DNA of 63,962 nucleotides, counting the filler, from Octopus bimaculoides (taxonomy: Eukaryota): the NCBI RefSeq assembly GCF_001194135.2. It is 4 parts of 4 records of this genome, joined end to end, with 100 filler letters (N's around TTAATTAATTAA, not from the genome) between each part and the next. Parts side by side here need not be neighbours in the genome. Positions count along the whole stretch, not along the records: positions 1 to 16,797 come from NC_068986.1; positions 16,898 to 37,106 come from NC_068996.1; 2 more parts are not named here. One strand, 5' to 3'. The position numbers were made by a program, and so were the translations under genes. Positions 12,714 to 24,683 of the stretch are shown here, one piece after another (position 1 is the first letter of the stretch; each line of letters starts with the position of its first letter). The notes beneath the pieces are model-generated. The model was not told the DNA's origin, searched no databases, and was given only the letters and a program-made list of their open reading frames with translations.

Positions 12714-12785
12714 CTGATGAACAAAAGAATACAGGTTACTTCACAATTTTTTCTGTATTTGATTGAGAAACCAGTGGTCTACCGT
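12714..12785 (+). ncRNA. Hammerhead motif, core intact, 5' helix I strand lost in assembly gap
   Basis: CTGATGA-A-CAA..AATACAG-loop-CTGTATT..TTG-A-GAAA-CC-AGT-GG-TC. The triplet is canonical GUC, with predicted cleavage after 12779. Confidence 0.6.
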
Positions 12786-13344
12786 TGAGTTAAATGTTTT
12801 TAAGAGATAAATTTTGAAAAGCTGCATTCCCTCGCTTTCGGTAAATATGTTGCTTATTTTTGGTAGTTTTTTTTTACTTATTTAGTCCCTCGATAGCGTG
12901 AGGCATTAATACACAGTTAATGTCCTTTATATATAATTAAATATATCTATGAAGAAACGATGAATTTTTTCATTACGAAATTTTTCGTTATTTTTTCATT
13001 ATGAGGTTTTTTTCACGCTGACTACTTGATAAATTCTTATAAAGAATTTATCCTATATTATATTACATATATACGTATATGTATATGCAGACACACATAT
13101 ATATACACCTCTACATATACGTGTATATATATGTATAGGGTAGGAAAATTAGAGAAATTTTCTACCAGCGGCTAGCATGTATAAAATAGTCAATAGACAT
13201 ACTTTTCATATAAAATTAGTGTACATCTATATACGAAATAGGTGACCGTAACAAGACATCTTACATGCTAAAAGGAGTAGTCAAAGCCCAAACCACGGTT
13301 AAGAGAAATTTCGAAGGGGATAAAAAATAAAAACATTTTCAATA

Positions 13345-13424
13345 GTCACCACTCGTACCTAGGTTTCGAATATTAATGAACAAATAAAATAATTTGTTAT
13401 CCGTGTTCTCATCAGCAACGGCGC
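13345..13424 (-). ncRNA. Type I hammerhead, core intact
   Basis: GCGCCGTTG-CTGATGA-GAA..AACAAAT(TATTTT)ATTTGTT..TTC-GAAA-CCTAGG-TA-CGAGTGGTGAC. It has G10.1-C11.1, palindromic helix III ACCTAGGT and a GUA triplet; helix I has wobbles and a bulge. Confidence 0.7.
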
Positions 13425-13575
13425 TAAAAATTAACGTATAGTTATGGGACAAATAGACAGTACATGTTTCATCTTTATACATTATAATTTTTCAATTCCA
13501 CCGACCATAAGTGTATAAATGTACACTAATTTTATACATATATATATATACACACATATATATACATATACATAT

Positions 13576-13665
<90 letters not shown>

Positions 13666-13961
13666 TCATACATAATTAAGAAGTAATGTAATACTACATT
13701 ACGGAGGATAATAAACAATTAATAATTATCTATGAATACTTCAATGCCCAAACGTTATAAAATACATAGAAGAAGAGTGTTTATAATTATGAACAAGTCA
13801 CAATTGTAAGTAAGAGGGTTTTCAAAAACCCTTATATGTTTAGAAATAGCAGACAAAAATCCCCATAAAGATACTATTATCACTCGTAGTATATCTTCTC
13901 ACAGTAAATGCTGTCTGCGGGCGACATGACGTAAAATCCACAATTTAAAAATAAAAGGTTA

Positions 13962-14024
13962 ATTCGCTGTTGCAATTTCGACCGTGGGAACTATTAAGGG
14001 TCCCATTCACCTCTTCAGGAGAAT
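13962..14024 (-). ncRNA. Hammerhead relic (U16.1 changed to C)
   Basis: ATTCTC-CTGAAGA-GGTG..CACGGTC-GAAA-TTGCAA-CA-GCGAAT. Helix I pairs 5 of 6 positions and helix III is one change from ATTGCAAT. Confidence 0.35.
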
Positions 14025-14057
14025 ATTCCTATAGATAGAAATTGATACAAGACCTTA

Positions 14058-14326
14058 CCTGCGCCCATTGGCCACTCCTATCCTCATTAACTTTTCTTTC
14101 TTCAGCAAGACATACAGAAAATAAATTTGATGTTTATGCATATCCATAGGAAAGCAAATGCAACGCGTTGCGTTTTTGCTATACACATGTGTACACACAT
14201 ATATGTAACGCGTTGCGTTTTTGCTTTCCTATGGGTATGTATAAATATCTCATTTATTTTCTCTTAGTGTGTCCTGCTGAAGAAGGTAAAAGCCAATGGG
14301 CAAATCCAGAAATTAGCTAATGCAGG
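14058..14326. repeat. Imperfect foldback whose arms include a hammerhead-bearing segment
   Basis: CCTGC-GCCCATTGGC..CTTCAGCAAGAC..AGAAAATAAAT..CATAGGAAAGCAAA pairs with TTTGCTTTCCTATG..ATTTATTTTCT..GTCCTGCTGAAG..GCCAATGGGC..GCAGG. Confidence 0.85.
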
Positions 14327-14328
14327 GC
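14271..14328 (+). ncRNA. Type I hammerhead-like motif with G at position 17
   Basis: GTCCTG-CTGAAGA-AGG..CCA-GAAA-TTAGCTAA-TG-CAGGGC. Helix I is 6 bp and helix III is the palindrome ATTAGCTAAT. The AUG triplet breaks the NUH rule, so it is probably inactive. Confidence 0.5.
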
Positions 14329-14641
14329 TATCTATATGATTAATAATATCAGTTAGATTGCTGATTCGAATTCATCACCCGTTTAATTTGTGACTTCTTA
14401 TGTGGTGAGACGATTTGGTGTCTATTTTTCAGCAAATAGGCTAGAAAATTTTAAATAATTATGTTCCCTAACCGGCAACATCCACTGCAGTGAATTATCT
14501 TCTGCAAACTGTTTCCGGCATTTAGCGCGCAAGAGCTGAGACTTTTGAAAATAACTCCAATCTAATCGGTAGAACTGTACGTACGTCAAACTTTATGAAG
14601 ACAATTCGTGTATAATTTTGAAAATTATATTGAATTAGAAC

Positions 14642-14711
14642 GGTCGTACTGACGAGCCACGGACGTTTTTACGTAAGTAAAAGGGTTGATGGCGAAACCC
14701 GGTATACGATC
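14642..14711 (+). ncRNA. Type I hammerhead, core intact (best candidate)
   Basis: GGTCGTA-CTGACGA-GCCA-30 nt-TGGC-GAAA-CCCGG-TA-TACGATC. Helix I is 7 bp (extendable by GAATT/AATTC past a 5-nt bulge), helix II is 4 bp with G10.1-C11.1, and the triplet is GUA, with predicted cleavage after 14704. Confidence 0.75.
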
Positions 14712-15198
14712 AATTCTTTATTTTGTATATTTACATTTGTCTTACTCGCTTATGTTCTGGTATTTGCTGAATTTTTCTAGAGAACAGAACATTCTTTTCT
14801 TTGTGGTTAGATCGTAGATGATCTTTTTCTAGNNNNNNNNNNNNNNNNNNNNNNNNNNNNNNNNNNNNNNNNNNNNNNNNNNNNNNNNNNNNNNNNNNNN
14901 NNNNNNNNNNNNNNNNNNNNNNNNNNNNNNNNNNNNNNNNNNNNNNNNNNNNNNNNNNNNNNNNNNNNNNNNNNNNNNNNNNNNNNNNNNNNNNNNNNNN
15001 NNNNNNNNNNNNNNNNNNNNNNNNNNNNNNNNNNNNNNNNNNNNNNNNNNNNNNNNNNNNNNNNNNNNNNNNNNNNNNNNNNNNNNNNNNNNNNNNNNNN
15101 NNNNNNNNNNNNNNNNNNNNNNNNNNNNNNNNNNNNNNNNNNNNNNNNNNNNNNNNNNNNNNNNNNNNNNNNNNNCATGTGTGTGTGTGTGTGTGTGC

Positions 15199-15234
<36 letters not shown>

Positions 15235-15619
15235 ATGAATGTAATTTATGCACGTGCACAAATTAGCACGCATGTCACTCCAATTTTAGGAGGACATTCG
15301 TCATGACCTTAGCTTTTTTTCGTCAACTTATTTTTCCGAGAGGCACCAGCGAATAGCAATAAAAATAAATCCACCATTGTTTACAACAGGAGTTAAGTTT
15401 CCTTCTAGCGACGAGTAAGTTTTTGTTAAGACTTTTGTTGTTTTTTTTTCCATCGAGGAAAAAAGTGTTTTGTTGATATACGGGCAACACACACATACGA
15501 ACATATATGTGTACAAAAATATGTATGCAGTTAGTGTACGTACGTACGTNNNNNNNNNNNNNNNNNNNNNNNNNNNNNNNNNNNNNNNNNNNNNNNNNNN
15601 NNNNNNNNNNNNNNNNNNN

Positions 15620-15658
<39 letters not shown>

Positions 15659-15946
15659 CTTAAGACTTAGTTGTGATCTGAACATAACCGCTTCTGACAC
15701 AGAGAATCGGGAGCTTTTTTGGGCATTCTATTTTTCTTGCTGGAAGGCTTCCCAACCCATGGGCAAAGAGGGGTTAGATGATAGAAGTGGTGTTTTCAAA
15801 GGGCTGGCATGTGTAACCTGATCACCTCTGCCGATCAAACTCCCAAGCGCTCCCGTCGCGACACTGATTCTGCCCAAATCTGACGTTGATGTTACTTAGT
15901 TTGGTTTGAAATAAAGAACTTGATTAGCTTAATTATCCTAACTTAA

Positions 15947-15976
15947 TCCCGGGCAAAGTCGGGCTATACTGCTAGT
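15947..15976 (+). mobile_element. Probable Helitron 3' terminus
   Basis: GC-rich hairpin CCCGGGCAAAGTCGGG followed by CTAG then T. The 5' end was not located. Confidence 0.55.
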
Positions 15977-16363
15977 ATATATATATATATATTTAAGCAA
16001 AACATTCAAAGACTAAGATTTGAAATAATATGTCTCTATTGTTAATATCATCTATGGATAAACTTTAAAATTGATGATATCACCAGCAGAAACATAGGTG
16101 GACTACAGTCACAATAGTATTATATAGCTATGAATTATGAATTTGCACGAAGCGTAATGATGCTTTAAAAGCATTCACCTGCTATAAATAAGAGCTAAAG
16201 TCTTAAATTAATACACCGTACAGCACCAAGATAACAGAGAAAAACAGTATGCAGGAAAACGGAAATAATTAATACATTTAACAGCACAAAATAAAATATT
16301 ATGCAGTTAAGAACATCCACATACCCGGCTATCAGCTTTTGGATATTTAATCCTTATATATAT

Positions 16364-16619
16364 GGAAAGGGAAAAATTCTAGCTGTAGATCTTTAATTCT
16401 TAATCCAGGTTGGTACAGATCCAATATAAATTCTACGAACTGTTTCCGACTCTAATTAATTCCAAAGACAAAAACGAAATTTTTATTTCAAGAAAAGTTT
16501 TTCGTTTATGTCTTTGGAATTAATTAGATTCCGAAACAATTTGTAGAATTTATATTGAATCTGTACCAACCTGGATTATGAATTAAAGATCGTTTACTAC
16601 TACAATTTTTTTCCTTTCC
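16364..16619. repeat. ~255-bp imperfect foldback
   Basis: GATCTTTAATTC..TAATCCAGGTTGGTACAGAT..TAATTAATTCCAAAGACA pairs with TGTCTTTGGAATTAATTA..ATCTGTACCAACCTGGATTA..GAATTAAAGATC. Confidence 0.9.
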
Positions 16620-16720
16620 TTATTCTTCATTTATCGTTTTTGCAAATACTGAATATATACTTTTTTATATATTCTTTACTTGGACTGTACCGGCGGATGT
16701 TTGAAATCCTCATCTCTTTT

Positions 16721-16797
<77 letters not shown>

Positions 16798-16841
16798 NNN
16801 NNNNNNNNNNNNNNNNNNNNNNNNNNNNNNNNNNNNNNNNN

Positions 16842-16853
16842 TTAATTAATTAA
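16842..16853. other. Assembly linker TTAATTAATTAA between N runs (also 37151-37162 and 55823-55834)
   Basis: The identical 12-mer with stops in all six frames is isolated inside gaps three times, indicating an artefact. Confidence 0.9.
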
Positions 16854-16911
16854 NNNNNNNNNNNNNNNNNNNNNNNNNNNNNNNNNNNNNNNNNNNNTAT
16901 ATATATGTATG

Positions 16912-16942
<31 letters not shown>

Positions 16943-17744
16943 TTTTCTCTGCTCATTTGCCATCTTCTTTACTGTGTATACTGTATTTTTTTAGTACCTG
17001 CACTACAGAGTTTGTCAAGTCCTCAGTGAGATGGGTTTAAAGACACTCAATTTTATTTTACCTCTAATAATTTACAAATCAGTTTTTAGGATGGAATGTG
17101 GGGAGAGGAGCCTTTCAATGTATTATTAGTGCTTAAGAGTGTGATTCAGAGAAAATTGCATATCCTAAGATAAGTACTTTGCTTGGGTTATGTGACGAAG
17201 GAAAGGAATAGGAGAGAGTGATGACAGCAGATAATCTAGAGTGAAAGAAGAAAAAGTATGATGGTAGTGACAGAGTTATTGGTATAAAGACAGAAGCAGA
17301 TTGATGGGGATTGATGTCCACAAGGTGGATGTGACAATAAAAGTAGCTCTGGGGGAGAGAGAGTGATGGCTGGCAGTGTAGAAATGGTGAAGTTAAGATG
17401 TACTAAGTAGAGGCAGATGCTTCTACATAGGCCTAGTGACGGGTGAATGTAATAGGGTGATGAAAGATTGATGCAAGTCTTTTATGCATAGACCTAGTAT
17501 AAAGAGTGAGGGAGATAGAGCTGAGGATAGTGGCCAGGGAGTGGGGTGACTGAATGTGGGTACATCCTGTACCGTTCATTGTAATTATGAGCAGCACATG
17601 TTCAAGTGAGTTGAATAATAGTGGAATGTGAGTAATAGAAAGATATGATTCACTGGAAAGAGATGATGGAAGATGCGCAGCAAGTAGACGAGAGAGAAGT
17701 CAACAATGTAGAGAATGATAAACTAAATACACACACACACTATA

Positions 17745-18631
17745 TATTGGGTCATCCCATAAATGCAGTCGTTTTATACTTTTTTATTCTTCAAAAGTGA
17801 GATAAACAAAGTTCTTTTTTAATCTAAAATATACTCTCCTTCATTTTCTACAATGCTCTTCCATCTATCTGCTAGACTTGCAAGGCTCTTCTTCCAAAAT
17901 TCACCTTGTCTGTGATGAAAAGTACTCCTCCAGTATTGTTCTGACCTTGTCTACAGAATTCATATTTTTTCTGTCCAAATGATGTGGAATAAATAATAAT
18001 CAGATGGGGGCAATATCTGGCGAATATCGTGAGTGGGGTATCGTTTCCCATTCAAACTGCTCCAGCCTTTGGAACGTCATCCTTGCTGTATGTGGCCGAA
18101 CATTATCCTGATGGAAGAACACCTTTTGTTTTGAAACCAATGATGGTTGTTTTTCTTCTTGCACAGATGTCGATGAATGGTTGAATGACCAAATCCAAGC
18201 TTCTCTGCTAGTTGCTCAACAGTTATGATGGGATTTTGCAGGACATTCTTCCCAAGCTCTACAGATCTTCCAGGATGAGGCTCGTCTTCTAGGCTGTAGT
18301 TTTTGGCTCAGAATTTCTGGAACTACTGTTGACACTGGCTTATGCTTATTATCCGACCCCCATATTCCTTGCACTTTCCATTGCTTTGTTGCCTTTATTG
18401 AACTCATAAAGCAAAATATGCTGAATATACTCCTTTATTACTTCCATTACAGCTTTGAAAAAATAGTTGTCAAAATCGAACTGCACTCTTCAAATCTTGC
18501 ACTAAGAATAAGGGCAAGGTAAAATCACTACCTGCTTTTATAGCAAGTTGATGCAGGTAGTTTATCCCATTCCATACTACTTTTAGTTCATGCAATTGAA
18601 AAATCCACATTATTTATGGGATGACCCAATA
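17745..18631 (-). mobile_element. Internally deleted Tc1/mariner element
   Basis: 20-bp TIRs TATTGGGTCATCCCATAAAT / ATTTATGGGATGACCCAATA, with TA on the left. Minus translation VFFHQDNVRPHTA...HSRYSPDIAP(S)DYYLF. Confidence 0.9.
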
Positions 18632-18986
18632 TTTATCCATATGTGTGCGTTTGTCTGTGTTGGTGTCTGCTTGTTTTGACGAGGCATGATATTGCATAAC
18701 AAGCATCACCCTCATAAAAGTGGTGCTATTTCATCTCCAGTTTTCTTTGTTAAATAAGTCTGATCCTGGGAAAATATTACCTTGCTTAGAAACAGGTGAG
18801 GGTTGGCAAAAGGAAAGGCATCCAGCAGTATAAAAAAAATTTGCCTCAACGTATTCCATGAAAGTATGGAAAAGAAGACGAAGGAACGATGATATATACA
18901 CCCTGTGTACGTAAGCGTATTTGTGTGTGTGTTTATAGATACAAATCTAAAATTCACAGATACAAATCCTAAATAATGATTTCATT

Positions 18987-19030
<44 letters not shown>

Positions 19031-19973
19031 TTTCAAATTTTGCCATAAGAGCAGCAATTTGGTGGGAGGGGCTGAGTCGATTACATCGACTTCAGTGTTC
19101 AACTGGTACTTATCCTATCGTCCTGAAAGGATGAAAGGCAAAGTCGACCTCACAATAATAATAATATATAAATTTATATATACATACATATATGTATGTA
19201 TGTATATATGTATGTATGTGTGTGTGTGTGTGTGTGTAATATATCATACACATGCATATATAATTATCATCGTGAAATGACTGTGTGTACACATATACAC
19301 AATTGTTTTATTAGAAAATAAAGAAAAACCTTATAATCTAAAGAAACTCGTAATTCTCTGCGTCTGATAAAAATAAAGGTAAATACAATTCGGCAAAAAT
19401 ACGTTTAATTCATGTCTTGAGGAGAGGTGAGTGTCGATGTTTTCAGCAGGAACTGTTGAATTTACCAAATTTTTCACATGTTTCATATAACTGTTAGTTT
19501 CAACACGCAACTACTATTGCCGCTGTGTGCGCGGGCACATGCAAGCAGTCATGTCTATATCTGCACTAAGACTTTATGTGAGCTTGGAGATCCATTATTG
19601 ATCTCGAAGCACACAAAGTTATAAATAACAGCATGTAAATATTGGGTTGAAAATGCTTACATACTCTTTTTTTTTATAGCTCTTTATGTCTGCTTCGAGG
19701 TCCCCTATTTCCCAAAATAAAATAATTATTTCACATTCTCTCAAAAGTTTATGAAATTCTTATATCAATAATGTTTATCTGTCGAGGGGTTCAAACAGAC
19801 AGCTTATTTCCTCGCCTTGAAACAGTCGTATAGTTTACATTTACTAATAATTAAATCTTAGTGGTAATTATGCTAATGAATATTAATTAAAGTATAGGTG
19901 TCGAATGTCAAAGTACGAAGAGATTTACATAACTGAACGTATATATAGCTATGTGCCTAGATTGGTTGACTAT

Positions 19974-20026
<53 letters not shown>

Positions 20027-22148
20027 TTTCGTTTTATGAATTGTTTGTTCGTTGATTTAACGGCATTCGACTATGTATGTGTGTGCATGTATAGGCCTAA
20101 TATATATGTGTATGTATAATATATATATGTATAGACTATATATATGTATTCGTAAATCTAACGATGTAATTACTAAAATAAGTTTCGATTTGGCTACGTT
20201 TTTACTATAAGGGCAAGGAATTTGGTGGTTGTTTCCTAGTAGGAAAGAATTTTTGTCCCAAAGATTTATTCAATTTTTTTACATTTTTGCAAGCACCCCC
20301 CACTCCCGCCCGTCCCTATTCAAATTTGTACCCGTTTCCCGTAAATTTCTACTTTTGCACCCGTCACGCGTGCAACAGTAAAAAAGGGAAAAAAATATAT
20401 TTACAAAGAATGACTGCTAACATTCGAAGAAAGGCAATATTATTCGTCTGGGAGGAAACGACAAGTGTGTTTTAAATTACAGTTGGTAAAACCGGATCTA
20501 AATTTTTCAATGTAAAGGTGATAGAAGACATTAATTTAAATTTTGAAAGAAATACTATAGCCATGAATGAGATAGACAGATGTTTATGGTGTAATGTGTT
20601 AATATCTGTTTAGAAATATGCTGTGCGTTCAAATAATAATTTGAACAGGTGGTTGGCTAGCAATTGAGTGACTTGTCAATTTCGTAGAATGGAAGTGTTG
20701 ATATTGAAAGACAAAACCGATAGGAGTATATAATGTATTCGTTTGTCTTTCAATATCTAATATCATTTTCATACCACATGCATCAGGACTCGATAGAACT
20801 GTTAAAGATAGCAGACAATTCTTCACTAAATCACACCCTAATGTTCTTTTGTTTTTTTTTTGTAAAGAAATAAAACCAAAACAACACATTGCAAATTGTA
20901 AGGTTGGAGTGTCACTGATGGTAGGTTTGCGCGATCATGACTGACCTAGGGTTAAATAATATAAGCGATATATATATGTGTGCGTGTGTTTAGTAGACAT
21001 GCAGATTAAAGTGATATAAAGATAGAAACAGAGGCAAGGTATATAAAAGCGACAGATAGTTTACATTGATAAAGAAACAGAGAGCGCTTTTGTGTGACTA
21101 CGTTAGTAATGGCTGACTCTTTCACACGATGTTTAACTGCAATTAGCACAGTTAAAGACTTCCATTAGCACTGGACATTAAAGCCAGAGACGTCAGATTA
21201 CGGCAAGTGGAAGGAACGGATTGACAGCTTATTTCGGTAGGAATTGCAAGAGTTATCTATTGACCAGGTGGGAAAAGAAGGGGAGTCACTCTAATTTTAT
21301 CTTTCTAACAAACTATGAATCAATTATTTTGTAGTGCGTGCCTACATGCGTGTGAGAAAAGAAAGTGTGTCTTATGTATTTCAGAAAAAGTGAATGAAGG
21401 TGTATGTTAGTCTGTATATTATGATAAATAACAATGTTTGCTTTCTCGAGTAATAATAGTGTTTGTGTATACAATTAGCGCGTTATGGGTAAGAGCTTAT
21501 TGTATATAACGCCCAGGTACTCTGCAACTTGTCGGAGAAGGTTAAAAGAAGGGATAGAATGTAGTAAAAGTCAAGTAAAGAAAGACAGCAATGATAGGAT
21601 GAAACGAGGGAAAACAAAGATTGTATGCTTATGTGAATAATTATTCGATGTAATAGTATCGCAAAAAATAACTGACATCATTTTTAATAGATAGATTAAT
21701 AAATATAAAAGCTCAAACACATGCACAACACTCACAAAACACATATGTTCAACTATATGAGTATTCATGCGTTATTTGCTTCTCTTGTATATAACAAGGC
21801 TGAAAAATAACGACTAATGTTATACATTTATACAAACACACACTCACATATAAATACACATCGTGTATTTTTACACACACACACGCACACACGTTTGGGT
21901 TTATTGGGGCATACATATTTATGTAGGTATGCTGTTTTTCAGTTTCGATGTTCAGTTCAATAAATATGCGAAAATTGATTACACATCATAAGCCATCATT
22001 ATTATCGTCGTCGTCGTCATCACCATCATTATCATTACTATTGCTACTCTGTTTTTTTCTAAACTGGATTCTTAACTCGTACAACACTAAAATATGTTAT
22101 TCACATCGCTTTATATTTCCTACTTCAGGACATACAGTATATATAAGT

Positions 22149-22318
22149 GTATGTCCTTCCTAACAACAACCAGTGATGGCTGGCTAGGTTTATCATGACA
22201 CCACCTGCAGTAGTTGGGTTAATATACCTGTATGTCCTTCCTAACATCAACCAGTGAGAGCTGGGTAGGTAAATCATGACATTGCAAGTAGCTAGGCTTT
22301 ATATACCCGCATGTCCTT
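22149..22318 (+). repeat. ~80-bp tandem repeat, 2 copies plus a partial
   Basis: G(T/C)ATGTCCTT recurs at 22149, 22230 and 22309; the first two units continue CCTAACA.CAACCAGTGA. Confidence 0.8.
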
Positions 22319-22869
22319 TGTTCATATTTAAGAATCTATCATTCCATATATGTGGCTTAACTCTTAACATCTCATTGTAGAAAATATTCTAATGGTTTCT
22401 CAGTTTTCATATTTTTTGAATATGTATTTTGTGAATAGCAAGTATTTAGCTACTTATTTTTAACATTTTATTAAAATTGTGATATTAATTAGTCAATTTC
22501 TTGCAGCTGAATTTATTAATATGTGAGTTGTTGGTCCTTGAATTGTTCTCCCCAACTTTTTTTATTTTTCCAAAAGAAAATCAACTACAAATAATTTCAA
22601 ATGCATTTTGATCAGGGTAGGATGGATATCATCATCATCATCATTATCATTATCATTTTAATATCCACTTTCTCATGCGTCAGATAAAATTTGTTGAGGT
22701 GGATTTTTCTATGGCTGGATACCTTCCCTGTCACCAACCATCACCTGTTTCCTAACAAAGTAATATTTCCCCCATTAATAGGCATTTTTTCCACTAAAGA
22801 TTAGAAATAAAAGACACTGCTCACATGATGGTGATAGCCATCATGCAAAGCCAAGGTAAGGAGACAGAA

Positions 22870-23220
22870 ACACACACATGCACCCCCCCCCCACACACAC
22901 ATACACACATACGTACACATATATATACATACATATACAAACACATGCCCACATAAACACATACAGGCATACATTAACACGTGTATGCATACATGCATGA
23001 ATACATACATACATACATAAACATAATATATTTAAACACATACATACATACATGTACACATACATAAATATACACACACATACATGCATACATACATGCA
23101 CGCATGCATAAATACATAAACACATACATGCATACATATATGCAGACACACATACATAAACACATGCATGCATACATACATACATACATACATAAATACA
23201 TACATACATGCATACATCCC
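22870..23220 (+). repeat. Compound (CA)/(TACA) low-complexity tract
   Basis: Direct reading. Confidence 0.9.
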
Positions 23221-24642
23221 AAATCATCTCTCACTCTGCCTATATATTTCTGTAATCTCTATCCACCCCTCACTTTCTGTTCTTCTCTCCCCATTCACTT
23301 CTACTTAACTTTTATCTTTAGTGTTCACCCTAATACATCACCACCATCATTGTTTAATGTCCATTTTCAATGCTGGCATGAGTTGGACAGTTTAACAGGA
23401 GCTGGCAAGTCAAAGGGCTACACCAAGCCCCAGTCATCTGTTCTGGCATGTTTTCTACAGCTGGATGCTCACCTTAATGTGAACCACTTTACTGAGTGTA
23501 CTTGGTGCTTTTTTATGTGGTGCGAGCACCGGTGCCTTTTGCATGGTGCTGGCACCATTGTTTTTATGTCTCTCTCTCCAGCTCCATCCTGGTTACTCTC
23601 ACTCTCTCTCTTCTAAAATACAAATAACCATGGCTATTTGTGTTTTAGAAGAGAGAGTGAGAAAAGTTACAAATATCAACAAATAAATGTATTCGAGGTT
23701 TGGGTGTTGGGAAAAAAAGACAGTGAGCTGTCAGAATCATTAGCATGCTGGGAAAAATGCTTAGCAGCATTTTGTCTGTCTTGAGACTCTGAGTTCAAGT
23801 TCTGCCAAGATTGACTTTGTCTTTGATCCCTTTTGGAAGTCAATAAAATAGGTACCGGTTGACCAGGGTTAATGTAATCAGCTTATCTCCTTCCCCTGAA
23901 CTTGCTGGCCTTATGCTAAAATTTGAAACCGATCAATATTTGTAATTTTAAAAATAATACACAATTATGTTTTTTTCTAGAATTACAAATGTCTTATACT
24001 TCAGAGTAATCAAACCCACTGGATAATCCTCTAGACAGTCATCTGACCTTCTAGAAATCTCAGTCTAATCCCCTTCATGTTGCATCATACCATCTTGAAA
24101 AAAAGATGAAATGGTCACTGCTCATACATCTGCTTCATTAAGGCAGGCCTTAATAACTATGACAATTTCAGGAGATAACAACTCATGTATACAAGATACC
24201 AAACCAGCTTTCTCATTCTAGAATACATAATTTTGCATTCTGTTGCACACAACCTCATATTCTTTCATAAAAACCTTTCATTCTGTCATAAGTAACCTTT
24301 TGTTTAATCATACACCAACTCTCATTCTATTATTCATAATTTCATTCTGTTGTACATGACCTCTTGTTCTATCACACATAACTTCTTCAATCATATATAA
24401 GCTTGTGCTCAACTTCATATAATCTCTCAGTTTTAAGTCCTTTATCTTTTATCTTTTACTTGTTTCAGTTATGGGACTGTGGCCATGCTAGAGTACTGCC
24501 TTTGAGGGTTTAGTCAGAAAAATTGACCCCAGTACTTAAAGTTTGGTACTTATTCTATCAGTCTGTTTTGCTGAACGGCCAAGTTATGGGGATGTAAACA
24601 AACCAACACCTATTGTTAAGTGGTGAGGCAGACAGTCAGACA

Positions 24643-24683
<41 letters not shown>

